A DNA stretch of 64,000 nucleotides from Bacteroidales bacterium (GTDB lineage Bacteria > Bacteroidota > Bacteroidia > Bacteroidales > JACABE01): NCBI GenBank assembly GCA_049315385.1, contig JBMOKG010000015.1, forward strand, positions 71 through 64,070, written 5' to 3'. The translations under genes and the position numbers were made by a program. Below are positions 18,601-30,000 of this stretch, one piece after another. The notes below the pieces were generated by a model. It saw only the letters and a program-made list of their open reading frames with translations. It made no database searches and was not told where the DNA came from. Within the stretch, counting starts at the first letter, position 1; every line of letters begins with the position of its first letter.

Positions 18601-21600
18601 AACAATATAAGCATCAGTTTTTCAACAACAGCCACTTCTGGGAATTTAACAGTACAAGGAAATAATGTATGTGGGAATGGTCCGGTTTCAGAAAATTTTC
18701 CAATTACAATCAGATTGTTACCAGGATTAGCAGGGAACATAACAGGTGCATCTACTCTATGTCAGGGAGAAAATGGAATTAACTATTCGGTTCCATCGAT
18801 AACTGATGCAACTTCTTATATTTGGAGTTATTCAGGAACAGGTGCAAGCATAAACGGCGCAAACAATTATATTACAATAAATTTTTCTGCAACTGCAACT
18901 TCAGGTAATTTAACTGTAAAAGGTCTGAATAATTGTGGAGAAGGTTCTATTTCCAACAATTTTGCAATAACAGTAAACCCTCTTCCATCGTCAGCACCTA
19001 TTATCTCCGGACCTTCATCAGTTTGTCAGGGACAATCAGGTGTTCAGTTTACGATTTCTCCAATTTCCAACGCATCAGCATATCATTGGTCGTATTTAGG
19101 ATTAGGTGCAAGTATTTCCGTCAATTCAAATACAATAAGTGTCAATTTTGCACCAAATGCAACTTCAGGAAATATAATAGTTAATGGAAATAATGCTTGT
19201 GGCAATGGAAATATTACTTCAAAATACATCGCAGTTTTTCCTGTTGTAGAAAATGCCGGAACTATAACAGGAATTACAAATATTTGTCAGGGACAGAATT
19301 CGATTAGTTATAGTGTACCACAAATTCCAAATGCAACTTCTTACCTATGGACATTTCCTACAGGGGTTATTGGTTCTAGTTCAACAAATAATATAACTCT
19401 TAATTACACAGATTCAGCTTTAAGTGGTCTTATAACAGTGAAAGGTGTTAATTCATGCAGTGAAGGCTTATCTTCTTCTTTAGCAATCACCGTCAACCCA
19501 TTACCTATTGCGGCTTCAGCTATTTCGGGAGCAACTACAATTTGTCAGGGAGTAAATTCGATAATCTATTCTATTCCTTCCATTACGAATGCGACTTCCT
19601 ATTCATGGACTTTACCATCAGGAGCAAGTGGAACAAGCTTAACAAATACTATAACTGTTAATTATGGATTAACTTCTGTATCAGGAAATATCACTGTAAA
19701 AGGAAATAACATTTGTGGAATAGGAGGCAGCAATTCACTTGCAATAAATGTTAATCCATTACCTTTAGCTGCCGGAGTAATTAGCGGTCCCACAAGTATA
19801 TGCCATGGGCAAAATGCTATAACTTATAGTATTCCAACCGTTGGTAATGCAACTAACTACTATTGGACATTGCCTTCCGGAGTAAATGGAAGCAGCAGCA
19901 CCAATAGTATTACTGTTGATTATGACACTGCCTCTGTATCTGGAAATATTACGGTAAAAGGAAATAATACATGTGGAAATGGGATACTCTCTTCATTGGC
20001 AATAAATGTAAATCCATTAACAGCAGCAGCAGGTTCAATATCAGGAATGACAACTGTTTGTCAGGGTCAAAATCAGGTTATCTATACTGTTCCTGATATT
20101 GCTAATGCAACATCATATTTATGGACATTATCTTCAGGAGCCACTGCTTCAGGCAATTCAAGAAGTATAAGTGTAAATTATGGAACTTCAGCATTAAGTG
20201 GTAATATAAGTGTTAAAGGAAGAAATTTATGTGGAGACGGAAGTAGTTCAACTATAGCGGTTATTGTGAATCCTCTCCCTTCAGCAGCAGGGATTATTAA
20301 CGGTTCTCCTCTAGTGTTTCAAGAGCAAAATTCTGTAATTTATACTATTGCTCCAATACAAAATGCTTTATCTTATGAATGGACACTCCCATCAGGAGCT
20401 AGCGGATCAAGTACAACCGACAGCATTATAATTAATTATGGGCCAACTGCTGTTTCAGGAAATATCACTGTAAAAGGAATCAACAATTGTGGTAATGGGA
20501 TTTCTGCCAGTTTACCTATCATAGTTGATCCTACTCATAATACAATCCGGTTAACTGTAAATGGTAATAACACTGTTTTTACAGATGAAGTTATTGTGGG
20601 TTATGGTTTTACAAGCGATCTGGGCGGAGCAGAAAAAATGTTTAGTATATATCCAACAGCTCCAAATTTGTATACAACAAAATTTAACAAAAAATGGAGT
20701 ATCAATTTTCTGACAAACATAACTCAATATTCTTCAGTTAATATGGATTTTAAAGCAGGTGTTAATGGAAACTACACAATAACAGCTTCAGTTATAAATA
20801 GTTTTTCACCCCAAACTTTTATATATTTGAAAGATAAATTTACAAATACAATTACCTATTTAAATCAGAATCCGGCATATACTTTTACAGCTTCTGTCAA
20901 TGATAGTTCCAATCGTTTTCAAATACTATTTTCATCACTCCCGGTAAGATGGTTAGGTAATACCTCAGGAAACTGGAATACAGCATCAAACTGGACAAAT
21001 AACATTCTTCCTTCAAGTAACGAAAACATAATCATTCCATCATGGGCAGCCAATCAGCCACATATTTCTTCAAATTCAACTTCAGCTGCAGTTTGTTTAA
21101 ACCTTACAATTAATGATGGTGCCAGCTTAACAATAGATGCTGGCAAAGCTCTAACAATAAATGGCTTACTAACTAATAATGCTGGTGAAACAGGATTAAT
21201 CCTGAAATCTGATTCAACAGGAACTGCATCTATCTTGAATAACACCTCTAATGTAATAGCAACTGTCGAACGCTATATTCCTCATACAACTTCTGATGAA
21301 TTCCACATGTTATCATCACCAGTATCAAATCAGGCAATTGCTCCTTCTTTTAATGAACAGAATGGTTTCTTTTTGTGGAGCGAACCAAATATGCTTTGGA
21401 TAGAATTTGCAGATTCTATAAATTTTACTTCAGCCAATGCTGGAAATAATTTTATACAAGGGAAAGGATATGCGGTTTCTTATCCAAATACAATAACCAA
21501 ATATTTTAAAGGAATACTTAATCAGGGAAGTGTAAATATTCCACTTACACTTTCATCAGGAATGTATAGCGGATGGAATTTTATCGCCAACCCCTACCCT

Positions 21601-22515
21601 TCTTCAATCAACTGGAATTCGAATACAGGTTGGACAAGAAATATTTTAGCTGATGCAGGCAATGGTGAAAAAGCAATGTGGGTATGGAATGCAACTAATG
21701 GCAATTATGGCGCTTATATTTCAAATACAGGTAGTTTCGGAACAAATGGGGTAAATTCAAGTATTGCTCTGTCACAGGGATTCTGGGTAAAAACAACAAA
21801 TACTGGAATACTAAGTATGGATAATTCAATCAGAATTCATTCGTCTCATTCTTTTTTAAAAAATCAATCAACTAATTCCGAACTAATTCGCATAAGCGTT
21901 TCAGGATCAGTCAATAATTTCAAGGATGAACTAATTCTTAGCTTGGGCAATCTTACTAATATTGGTGGTGCCGAGAAAATGTTCAGTGTAGAAGCATCCG
22001 CCCCTTCAATTTATTCAACAAAAATGAATAAAAACTGGAGTATTAATATGCTTACTTCTATAATTGACAACTCAACAATTTCGATTGGTTTTAAAGCAGG
22101 TGTAAATGGAATTTATACAATTTCTGCAACTGGATTTGAGGGATCTGAAAATATTGAACTCGAAGATCTTCAGACCGGAATCAAGCATAATCTATCTGCT
22201 AATGCAAACTATTCGTTCAATGCATTAACAACAGATTTTCCAGATCGCTTCTTATTGCATTTTAGTACGCTTGGTATTAATGAAAATACGATTAAAACAC
22301 CTGAAATTAATTACAGCAATTCTACAATTATAGTTAACAATCCTTGGCTTGGGAAATCCACTTTATTTATCTATAATATTAATGGCAGATTACTACAATT
22401 ATTTGATAGCAAAAAAGGTATTAATCAATTCCAGTTTAAGCCTATACCTGGACTTTATATTTTCAAACTAATCAATCAAAAACAGTTATTTGTAAAAAAA
22501 GTGGTTGTTTTTTAG
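15637..22515 (+). CDS. Giant T9SS-sorted surface protein (2292 aa): beta-helix head, 9 PKD-like 86-aa modules, an extra tail sub-module, then the shared C-terminal module
   Basis: ORF track. Signal peptide MKKQFIFLIIICLFTNITQAQ. The head LNGIKNIPGNYASISTAIDSLN plus repeated IYNNxI rungs is homologous to the head of 36334..44265. The CTD is STLFIYNINGRLLQLF...GLYIFKLINQKQLFVKKVVVF. Confidence 0.9.
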   Translation: MKKQFIFLIIICLFTNITQAQLNGIKNIPGNYASISTAIDSLNMFGVGNGGVIFNIAAGYTEIAPSCGFVITANGTIANTIAFKKTGTGNNPLLTAALLTTSTTYDGVIKIAGGDYITFDGIDIVENASNTIYQTDWGFALLKGNATAPFNGCQFITIKNCNISLNKTNTSSVGIYAGNHTGTSNANLPITATTDAMNFAKFYNNIISNVYIGISISGYSAISPYTLYDSNNEIGVDGLNTITNFGSANISVRGIYATNQKDLKIANNIINSSLNGLSSSAYGIFTQTGISSNVDIYNNNISLSFTSGSLTQNIYAIYNAMGNTAASNTVNIFNNNISNCNLSSASSGGLQGITNTATASIVNIFGNNINDNSLAGSGNFIGIFNNANLATNPLNIYSNNIFNNAKTGSSGNMFCSQALTATVNFHNNSIHNNSANGSSAFYAYYNSGAPVSEAYYNNTIYNLTHNGFGVLNAFHLVSTASGTKNIYKNNIYALNTGGSVNGLYCTSGNPANIYKNNIYNLSSSGTNNQAIAINYSGTTGNIYNNYISEIKATATNHTIGVIGINLGGSNQNLYYNTIYLDAISSSITTFGSAGIYKSATSIGEFRNNIIVNNSTAGPVGASYTVAFRISGEYNSNYYTGTSNNNCFYAGIPSASNLIFFDGINPEQTMSDFQTKVAPAEIASFSENPPFTNTISSPYNLHLQTNLSTGCESGGLKITIPSITDDFDENIRWGEAGYTGTASATDIGADEFEGIPNFNCTLPTPGNTIASDTLICSGNSTLLSLQNIILQTGIAYQWKSSVDGINYTDISGASSSNYSASPLMTTYYQCNVICKNGPVSISSTPILISIKSLPSNAGIITGTDTLCPGQMNIVYSVPQISNADSYIWEYSGNGASINATNNSISVSFSQTATDGNLTVKGHNLCGDGIISTFFPVHFLPLPDSAGLITGTAYICQGESNISFSVPAITNTTSYSWNYSGTGASITGNGNNISISFSTTATSGNLTVQGNNVCGNGPVSENFPITIRLLPGLAGNITGASTLCQGENGINYSVPSITDATSYIWSYSGTGASINGANNYITINFSATATSGNLTVKGLNNCGEGSISNNFAITVNPLPSSAPIISGPSSVCQGQSGVQFTISPISNASAYHWSYLGLGASISVNSNTISVNFAPNATSGNIIVNGNNACGNGNITSKYIAVFPVVENAGTITGITNICQGQNSISYSVPQIPNATSYLWTFPTGVIGSSSTNNITLNYTDSALSGLITVKGVNSCSEGLSSSLAITVNPLPIAASAISGATTICQGVNSIIYSIPSITNATSYSWTLPSGASGTSLTNTITVNYGLTSVSGNITVKGNNICGIGGSNSLAINVNPLPLAAGVISGPTSICHGQNAITYSIPTVGNATNYYWTLPSGVNGSSSTNSITVDYDTASVSGNITVKGNNTCGNGILSSLAINVNPLTAAAGSISGMTTVCQGQNQVIYTVPDIANATSYLWTLSSGATASGNSRSISVNYGTSALSGNISVKGRNLCGDGSSSTIAVIVNPLPSAAGIINGSPLVFQEQNSVIYTIAPIQNALSYEWTLPSGASGSSTTDSIIINYGPTAVSGNITVKGINNCGNGISASLPIIVDPTHNTIRLTVNGNNTVFTDEVIVGYGFTSDLGGAEKMFSIYPTAPNLYTTKFNKKWSINFLTNITQYSSVNMDFKAGVNGNYTITASVINSFSPQTFIYLKDKFTNTITYLNQNPAYTFTASVNDSSNRFQILFSSLPVRWLGNTSGNWNTASNWTNNILPSSNENIIIPSWAANQPHISSNSTSAAVCLNLTINDGASLTIDAGKALTINGLLTNNAGETGLILKSDSTGTASILNNTSNVIATVERYIPHTTSDEFHMLSSPVSNQAIAPSFNEQNGFFLWSEPNMLWIEFADSINFTSANAGNNFIQGKGYAVSYPNTITKYFKGILNQGSVNIPLTLSSGMYSGWNFIANPYPSSINWNSNTGWTRNILADAGNGEKAMWVWNATNGNYGAYISNTGSFGTNGVNSSIALSQGFWVKTTNTGILSMDNSIRIHSSHSFLKNQSTNSELIRISVSGSVNNFKDELILSLGNLTNIGGAEKMFSVEASAPSIYSTKMNKNWSINMLTSIIDNSTISIGFKAGVNGIYTISATGFEGSENIELEDLQTGIKHNLSANANYSFNALTTDFPDRFLLHFSTLGINENTIKTPEINYSNSTIIVNNPWLGKSTLFIYNINGRLLQLFDSKKGINQFQFKPIPGLYIFKLINQKQLFVKKVVVF
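18193..20532 (+). repeat. 9 tandem in-frame ~86-aa PKD-like modules
   Basis: Consensus read from the translation is AG.I(S/T)G...(V/I)CQGQ..(V/I).Y(S/T)VP.I.NATSY.W(T/S)LP.GA.G.S.TN.ITVN(Y/F)...A.SGNITVKG.N.CG.G..S.L.ITVNPLP. The 2340 nt divide into 9 units. The ninth unit has lost the first Cys (VFQEQ). Confidence 0.85.
20941..22515 (+). other. Shared C-terminal module copy 2 (tail type I)
   Basis: Starts at PVRWLGNTSGNWNTASNWTNNILP. Contains LKSDSTGTASIL, DEFHMLSSPV, GKGYAVSY, YSGWNFIANPYPSSINWN, QGFWVK and IGGAEKMFS, followed by LEDLQTG...FPDRFLLHF...NPWLGKSTL. Confidence 0.85.
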
Positions 22516-22550
22516 TCTTATATAAATCATCTTTATTAAGAATTAATTAA

Positions 22551-22598
22551 TTTTTTAAGCCTGACAGAAATTGCTAAATCTGTCAGGCTTAAAAAAAA
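22551..22598. terminator. Strong hairpin after the 15637..22515 gene
   Basis: AAGCCTGACAGA (22557-22568) pairs with TCTGTCAGGCTT (22579-22590), a 12-bp stem. It is flanked by T6 on the left and A8 on the right, which can extend the stem. There is no 3' U-tract in either direction. Confidence 0.5.
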
Positions 22599-22835
22599 TT
22601 ATATAATGAAGAATGAGTAATTTATCATGTTTTTGAATTTCGATTTAATTAATTGGAACTTAATAACTGAAACTTTTTGGGTCTTACTATTGATTAATTT
22701 GAATTTTAAAACTATATCTAAATATCAAAATGATAATTACAATTTGGATATTTTTAACTTACTGATGTCAATTAAAAAAAACTAAAAAATTAACACTAAA
22801 TATTTTTTAAAAACTTCTTTTTGAATTTATTTTTT

Positions 22836-22843
22836 TATCTTTG
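22836..22843 (+). promoter_or_regulatory. -7 promoter box TATCTTTG
   Basis: Lies 92 nt upstream of the ATG at 22935. It would drive the 22935/24028 gene pair. Confidence 0.35.
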
Positions 22844-22934
22844 TGTTATCAATTAAAGAAAACTAATAAATAATGCAATTATATATCTGTTTATTAGATT
22901 TTTACAATTACTCATCCATTAAATAAACAAAATT

Positions 22935-24008
22935 ATGAAAAGAAAATTACTATTTATGTTAACTGCTTTATTAAGCCTGAATTTTTTTATTGCAAATGCA
23001 ACTATCAGAACGGTTAGCAATCGTGCTGACAAACCGGCACAATACACTTTAATTCAAAATGCAATTAATGCCTCAGCAATGGGTGACACCATCCTTATTG
23101 CAGGTTCTGCAACTGTTTACGCTGCAGCTCTGACGATTGACAGAAGGTTAATCTTCTTTGGCGAAGGCATGAACAATCCTGATGGGCAAAGCACAACCAT
23201 AGATGGTAATGTAAACTTAAATAATGTAAACAATGCTTTTGGTGCCAGTGGTTCAAAATTTTTTGGAATTTCATTCACCAATCCTGTTTTAATAAATGGA
23301 AATTTCACTGGACAACTTGTTGGTCAGAATAAAATAGAAAATGTAGATTTTGATCGTTGCTCTTTTACTTATTATATTAATATGAGTGGACAAATCTATA
23401 ACAATATAACTCTTAGAAATTGTTTATTCAACGGAGCTTATATACATTTAAACTCATCAATATATACTAATTTTTTAATTACTAATTCTGTTTTTTCAAC
23501 TAATAACACTGTAATTATATCCACTAATAATGTAAATGGACAAGTTTTTGTGCGTAATTGTAATTTCATGAATAGAACAGGAGACGTATTAAGTGCAACA
23601 GGTTTGGTTGTAGAAAACTGTATTTTTTATCAAGCCCAACCCACCGGTGCTTTTTTAAGCACCTTTAATAACAACCTTACTTATTTTAACAACTCCAATA
23701 GCTTACCTTATGGCAACAATGCTGGAGGTGGAAATATTGCTGGAGCCAATCCGCTATTTACTAATTTCCCTGCTTTGGGTGGCACCTTTTCATGGACACA
23801 GGATTTTGCTTTATTGCCTGGTTCTCCTGCAATAGGTACAGGAACCAATAATACTAATATAGGAATTACCGGAGGCAATTCACCTTGTCTTCACAATTTA
23901 CCCGGCAATTCAAAACTACCTGTTGTTACTCAACTTACAGTACCTGTTTCTTCTGTGCCTGTGGGTGGAACACTTCAGATTAATTTAAAAGCAAAAACAC
24001 GCAAATAA
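22935..24008 (+). CDS. Small secreted right-handed beta-helix protein (357 aa), no T9SS tail, likely co-transcribed with the next gene
   Basis: ORF track. Signal peptide MKRKLLFMLTALLSLNFFIANA. The N-cap pattern RTVSN...YTLIQNAINASAMGDTILIAGS is typical of pectate-lyase-fold proteins. The stop is 19 nt before the ATG at 24028. Confidence 0.75.
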   Translation: MKRKLLFMLTALLSLNFFIANATIRTVSNRADKPAQYTLIQNAINASAMGDTILIAGSATVYAAALTIDRRLIFFGEGMNNPDGQSTTIDGNVNLNNVNNAFGASGSKFFGISFTNPVLINGNFTGQLVGQNKIENVDFDRCSFTYYINMSGQIYNNITLRNCLFNGAYIHLNSSIYTNFLITNSVFSTNNTVIISTNNVNGQVFVRNCNFMNRTGDVLSATGLVVENCIFYQAQPTGAFLSTFNNNLTYFNNSNSLPYGNNAGGGNIAGANPLFTNFPALGGTFSWTQDFALLPGSPAIGTGTNNTNIGITGGNSPCLHNLPGNSKLPVVTQLTVPVSSVPVGGTLQINLKAKTRK

Positions 24009-24027
24009 GCATTTATACTGAAATTTT

Positions 24028-27000
24028 ATGAAAAATATAAACCTTAAAGTCATACCCTGGCTTTTGCGGTTTTGTGTTATTTTGCAACTTCAGTTTGCTT
24101 ATGGACAAAACATAACAAAAGCAGAGTATTTCTACGATACCGAACCCGGTATCGGAATGGGCATCCCTATACAAGGATTTGTCGCAGATACCACAAACGG
24201 TTTTACTTTCACTGCAAATGTTTCTGGTCTTGATGCTGGTTATCATAACCTTAATGTCAGAGTATTGGATAGTCTCAATACCTGGAGTGTCGTTTCCAGT
24301 CAGTTTTTTCTTATTAACCCTCTTGAAACACAACAAATTACAAACAATATTAGCTTCCAGCTTTCCAAAGCAGAATATTTTATTGATACCGATCCTAGTG
24401 TTGGAAATGGAATTTCTGTATTTATGTTGTCGGGTGATACTTTAATCCAGTCTTTCACAATTAATATCGCTCAGCTGGCATTAGGAAATCATATCATTGG
24501 AGTTCGTGTAAAAGATATTACAGGAAACTGGAGTGTAGCTGAAACAAAAACATTTAACATTAAAAGTACAGCCTGTTCGTCACCCAATGCTTTTTTTACT
24601 TCAGATACAGTGAATGCAGGCAATTTAACTCATTTTACCAATTTATCTACGAATATAAATCAAGGAACATCATATTTGTGGAAAATTAACAAACTTAATG
24701 ATACTATTTCAGGATCTGCGAAAGACTTTTCCTATACATTCGCCATGCCGGGTTATTATGATGTGATATTAAAAGTTAGTAATACTGATACTTGCACTTC
24801 ATTCTGGCAGCAAAAAGTTATAGTAGGGCCAGTATTGTCGAAATTAATAACAATAACCGGAAGCGTTACGTTTTGTAATGGTGACAGCGTGATATTGCTT
24901 GCTCCTAATGGTTCAAATTATCAATGGAGCAATGGAAGTACTACTCAGCAAATAACAGTTAAAACTTCAGGGTCTTATCAGGTGAACTATATGGATACAT
25001 ATGGTTATGGAACTGTTTCAAATCAAGTTAATGTAAAGGTTAATCCTGTTTTAGATTTAACAGTTGATGTAAGCCCTGCAAATAATTCATTACCAAATGG
25101 TAGCGCAATGGCTATTATAAATGGAGGAAGTAGTTATATATACAATTACAACTGGTCTACTGGAGAACATACGATGATGTGCAATGGACTTGCTCCGGGG
25201 AATTATTCTATAACAGTAAGTGACGGTGTTTGTCCTGTTACAAAAAATTATACAGTTTCTAATCTTTCCGGCAATCCTCATGGTATAGTTAAAGCAGAAT
25301 ATTATATTGATAATATCAATTTACCACCGCAAAGTTTAGCAATTAGTTTTAATGATACAATCAATAGTTTTTGCAATATTCCTTTAAATGGAATTAGCGC
25401 AGGATATCATTATTTATACGTTAGAGTTCTTGATTCAGTAGGGTTATGGAGTATTATTAATGGTATTCTCTTTAATATTGATTCAATCATTCCTCCACCT
25501 ATAGATACGGGGTTTAATCTGGTAAAAGCTGAGTTTTTTTATGATGATGTTGATCCGGGCATATATAAAGCTACATCAATAGCTATTCAAGCAAATAATC
25601 TGGATGTACTGGATCAGAATATTCAGATTGTAGTTCCTGACTCACTTACTCAAGGATTTCATTATTTAAATCTGCGTACTTATGATAAAAGATATGGATG
25701 GGGAGTTATTAGCAGGACTTTGTTTTATACTAACCCTCCTACAGATATTTTTCCTCCACTACAGCAAGCTAATTTCAATTTTGTAAGTGCAGAGTATTTT
25801 TACGACAACGATCCTGGAATTGGGAACGGGAAAACTCTTTTTGTTATACCGGCCGATACTATTAACATGATGTATACAACTGATTTAACAGGTCTTTCTT
25901 CCGGAATCCATAAAATATATGTAAGAGTTAAAGATCTTTCAAACAAATGGAGTATCGTTAGTTTTGCATCTTTTACAATAGTTACTCCGGTAGCTTGTAC
26001 TCCACCTATCCCCGAATTTACTTATACTTCTGCTCTGCCCGGACAAGCTGTAATTTCCACAAACACCAGCACTCAAATTAATGCCTCTTCTTCTTATAGA
26101 TGGGATTTAAATAATGATACAATAGCAGATTATACAACCCTCAATTGTTCTCATTCTTTTCCTATTGCAGGTATTTATCCAGTAAAACTCACTATTAATA
26201 ATGGAGGAAATTGTATTAACTCTGTTATTCACTACATTACTGTAGGTAATCAATTATCAAACCTTATCACACCTAATGGAGCTATTGAGTTTTGCGACGG
26301 AGGCAGCGTAACATTAACAGCTCCTTCAGGTAGCAATTTTCAATGGACAAGTGGAGAAACATCACAAAATATTATTGTTGAAACATCAGGAATTTACCAG
26401 CTTACCTATACTGATTTAAATGGCATAGCCCGTGTATCAGATATGTTAGAGGTAAAAGTAAATCCTTTGATGAATATTACAATAGATGTGGATGATGCAA
26501 CTAACGGACTTTCAAATGGAAGTGCCAGTGCTAATGTTAGTGGTGGTAATAGCTGGTCTTATCAATACCAATATTCAACAGGTGAAACTTTACAAACTGC
26601 GGTAAATTTGGCTCCTGGAGGATATAGTGTTTTCATTAACGATGGGAAATGCCCTGAAGCAAAAGCATTTACTGTCCATAATATTGCCAATGTAAACAAC
26701 GGTATAATGTATGGTGAATATTATATAGATACGATACCAGAATCGGGAGTTGCTCATTACTTTACACTTGGTCAGGGTGATACAATAAATAGTAATTTTC
26801 ATGTTCCAGTTTCTGGATTGTCAATCGGAATCCATTTTTTAAATATCCGTATAAAAGAATCAACAGGCTTATGGAGTATTCCTATCAATCTCACATTCTT
26901 TGTAACTGATTCTATTTCTCCTCCTGACACTACAAACCAGAAAATTACTACTATAGAATATTTCTTTGACAATAATGACCCGGGTCCTGGAAATGGAATT

Positions 27001-30000
27001 CAAATTCCTATACCAATCCCGGCAACAGTTATTGATTATAACTTCAATATAAACACTTTAGGCTTAAGCTCTGGTTTTCATTATGTTTCGGCAAGAGTAA
27101 AAGACGATAAAAACTATTGGAGCATTATATTAAATAAAATAATTTATATAAGACCTGATACTATTTATCCACAGTTACAGAACATAGAAACACCTATTGT
27201 TTATGCAGAATATTTTATCGATCAAGACCCGGGACAAGGAAATGGAATAACGATTCCAATAACTCCCGGATTTACAATAGATCAGAATTTTTCCGTTAAT
27301 ACTTCTGCTTTAGATACAGGTAATCACATTATCGGCATAAGAGTTAAAGATATGAATAATATCTGGAGTGTAATAAATTCCAAGATTATTCATATTATTC
27401 CACAAATTGGTTGTCTGACTCCATACGTTGACTTTACTTTTAATCAAGCTAATGCAGGAGATTTAGTTAACTTTACTAACTTATCATTGAATACAAATCC
27501 AAATACAGAATTCAACTGGTATATAAGCAATAATATTAATGCAGATTTCAACACTATAAATGCAAGTTATACTTTTTTAACATCAGGTATTTATAATGTA
27601 AGATTAATGGCAAACAATGGAAGTAATTGCCAATCTACTGTTATTAAGCAAATTAATATTGGTCCGCTATTATCGAATTCTATTACTGCAAATGGAAATC
27701 TTGAATTTTGTGAGGGTGATTCTGTATCGCTTACTGCACCTTCAGGCAGCAACTATTTCTGGCCTAATGGTGATACAACCAATAGTATAACAGTTACTAC
27801 ATCCGGAATTTATCAAGTTGTATATACTGATTTATATGGTACTGTTAAAGTTTCAGATGTACTGGAAGTTATTGTACATTCCGGCATGAACATTACAGCT
27901 TCTGTTGGTTTTGCTAATACAGGATTAGCAAATGGAAGTGCAAGTGTCTCAGTATCGGGAGGTAATAGTTATATTTATTCATATCTGTGGTCAACTGGCT
28001 CTACACTTTCTTCAATTACAGGGGTATATTCAGGTGCATATACTGTAAATATCAGCGATGGAGTTTGTATTAATTCAACTACTATAAATATTCCGGAACT
28101 CTCAGAAAATTTATCAGAAATAATTGCAGCAGAATACTTTTTTGATAACGATCCTGGTCCCGGATTAGGAACTTCTGTCCCGGTAAGCATGGGGGAAAGT
28201 ATTAATGTTTCTGTTAATGCAAATACGAACGGTTTAAATGCAGGTCTTCATGTCTTACTTTTACGTGTAAAAGAATCAACCGGATTATGGAGTATTATTG
28301 GTAATCAACAGGTTTATGTTTATTCTCCCGAAATTTTCCCAGTTCCTGATACTTTACCATATATAATTGCAGCTGAGTATTTTCTTAATTCAGACCCGGG
28401 TATTGGAAATGGAACGCCTATTACGATTAACAATCCATCAGCAAATATAGATTTCAACCCGATTATTTCTATACAGGGAGCTAATTTTGGTAGCAATATA
28501 GTAGGTTTAAGGGTTAAGGATAATTTAAAGAAATGGAGTGATATTAATTCATGCAGCTTTATGATGTGTAATCCTCCTTCAAATCCTGTAGCTGCTAATG
28601 ACACTATTGTTTGTCAGGGATCTACTCTCACATTAAAAGCAAGCAATGTAAACGGTGCTACTTATGAATGGACAGGTCCAAACGGATTTACTTCAGTGGC
28701 TCAAAATCCCGTATTGGTAGCTGATACCGGAAAGAGTGGTTATTATAAAGTTTATGCTTTAAATGGAGGAAACTGTTACAGTAAACCTGACAGCATGAAA
28801 GTAGATGTAAAAATTACACCTGCTAAGCCAGGTTTTATTACTGGTCCTGTGGATGCATGTTTAAGTGATACCGTAGTATTTTTTGTACCAATACTAACAG
28901 GTGCAACTTCTTATTTATGGGATTTTCCTGTACCGCATACTATTTTAGCAGGATTTAATACCAATACAATTGCAGTCAGGTTTGATACTGTAATTGCTTC
29001 TATCCCAATCAGAGTAAGAGGTATTAGTAGTTGTGGATCTGGTCCATATTCTGAAACATTTAATCTGATAATAAATTCGCAATTACCACAGTCAGCCGCT
29101 GCAATTTCAGGAAGTTCTTCTGTATGCCAAGGTGCTGATACAGTACTTTATACAACACCGATAATAAACAATGCCACTTCATACATCTGGAGTTTACCAT
29201 CCGGTGCTATAATAGTTTCAGGAAATGGAACTAATGCTATTCGTGTGCACTTTACAATGAATGCTGTTTCTGGTAACATTCAGGTTTTTGGTAGAAATTC
29301 TTGTAGTGATGGATTAGCTTCTAACTTTCATGTTACTATAAATACTACACCTTATGTTTCTCTGGGAAGTTATTCAAATATTTGTGCAAATGGATCTCCA
29401 CTTGTTTTAAATAACGGAATTCCTACCGGAGGAATATTTAGTGGAAATGGTATTCAAAATGGAACTTTCAATCCAATTGTTGCAGGAATAGGTACTCATA
29501 CTGTTTTATATACATATACGAATGCATTCAATTGTACAAACACTTCAACTTCTTCAATAAAAGTAGTTCCTGTAATTTCTCAAAGCGGAGTAATATCCGG
29601 TCCTTCAACTGTATGTCAGAATAGTGTTGGAAATGCTTATTCAGTTGATCCAATTACAGATGCGACTTCTTACATCTGGACATTACCAAATGGATTTTCA
29701 GGTCAAAGCAATACAAATACTATTTTTGCTAATATAAACACTATAGCAGCTAATGGACAGATAAAAGTTAAAGGCAATAATTTTTGTGGAAATGGTCCTG
29801 AATCAACATTTGAAATAATTGTTAACACTGCTCCTTCAATTACTCAACAGGCATTATCTCAAACCAGATGTGGAAATGGTTCTTTAAGTTTTAATGCAAT
29901 TTCATCTGCAGGTTCTGTTTTACAATGGTCACTGGATAATTTTATGAATATTGCCGGAACAGGAAATTTATTTACGATTCCGAATGTTCAGATTGCAAAT

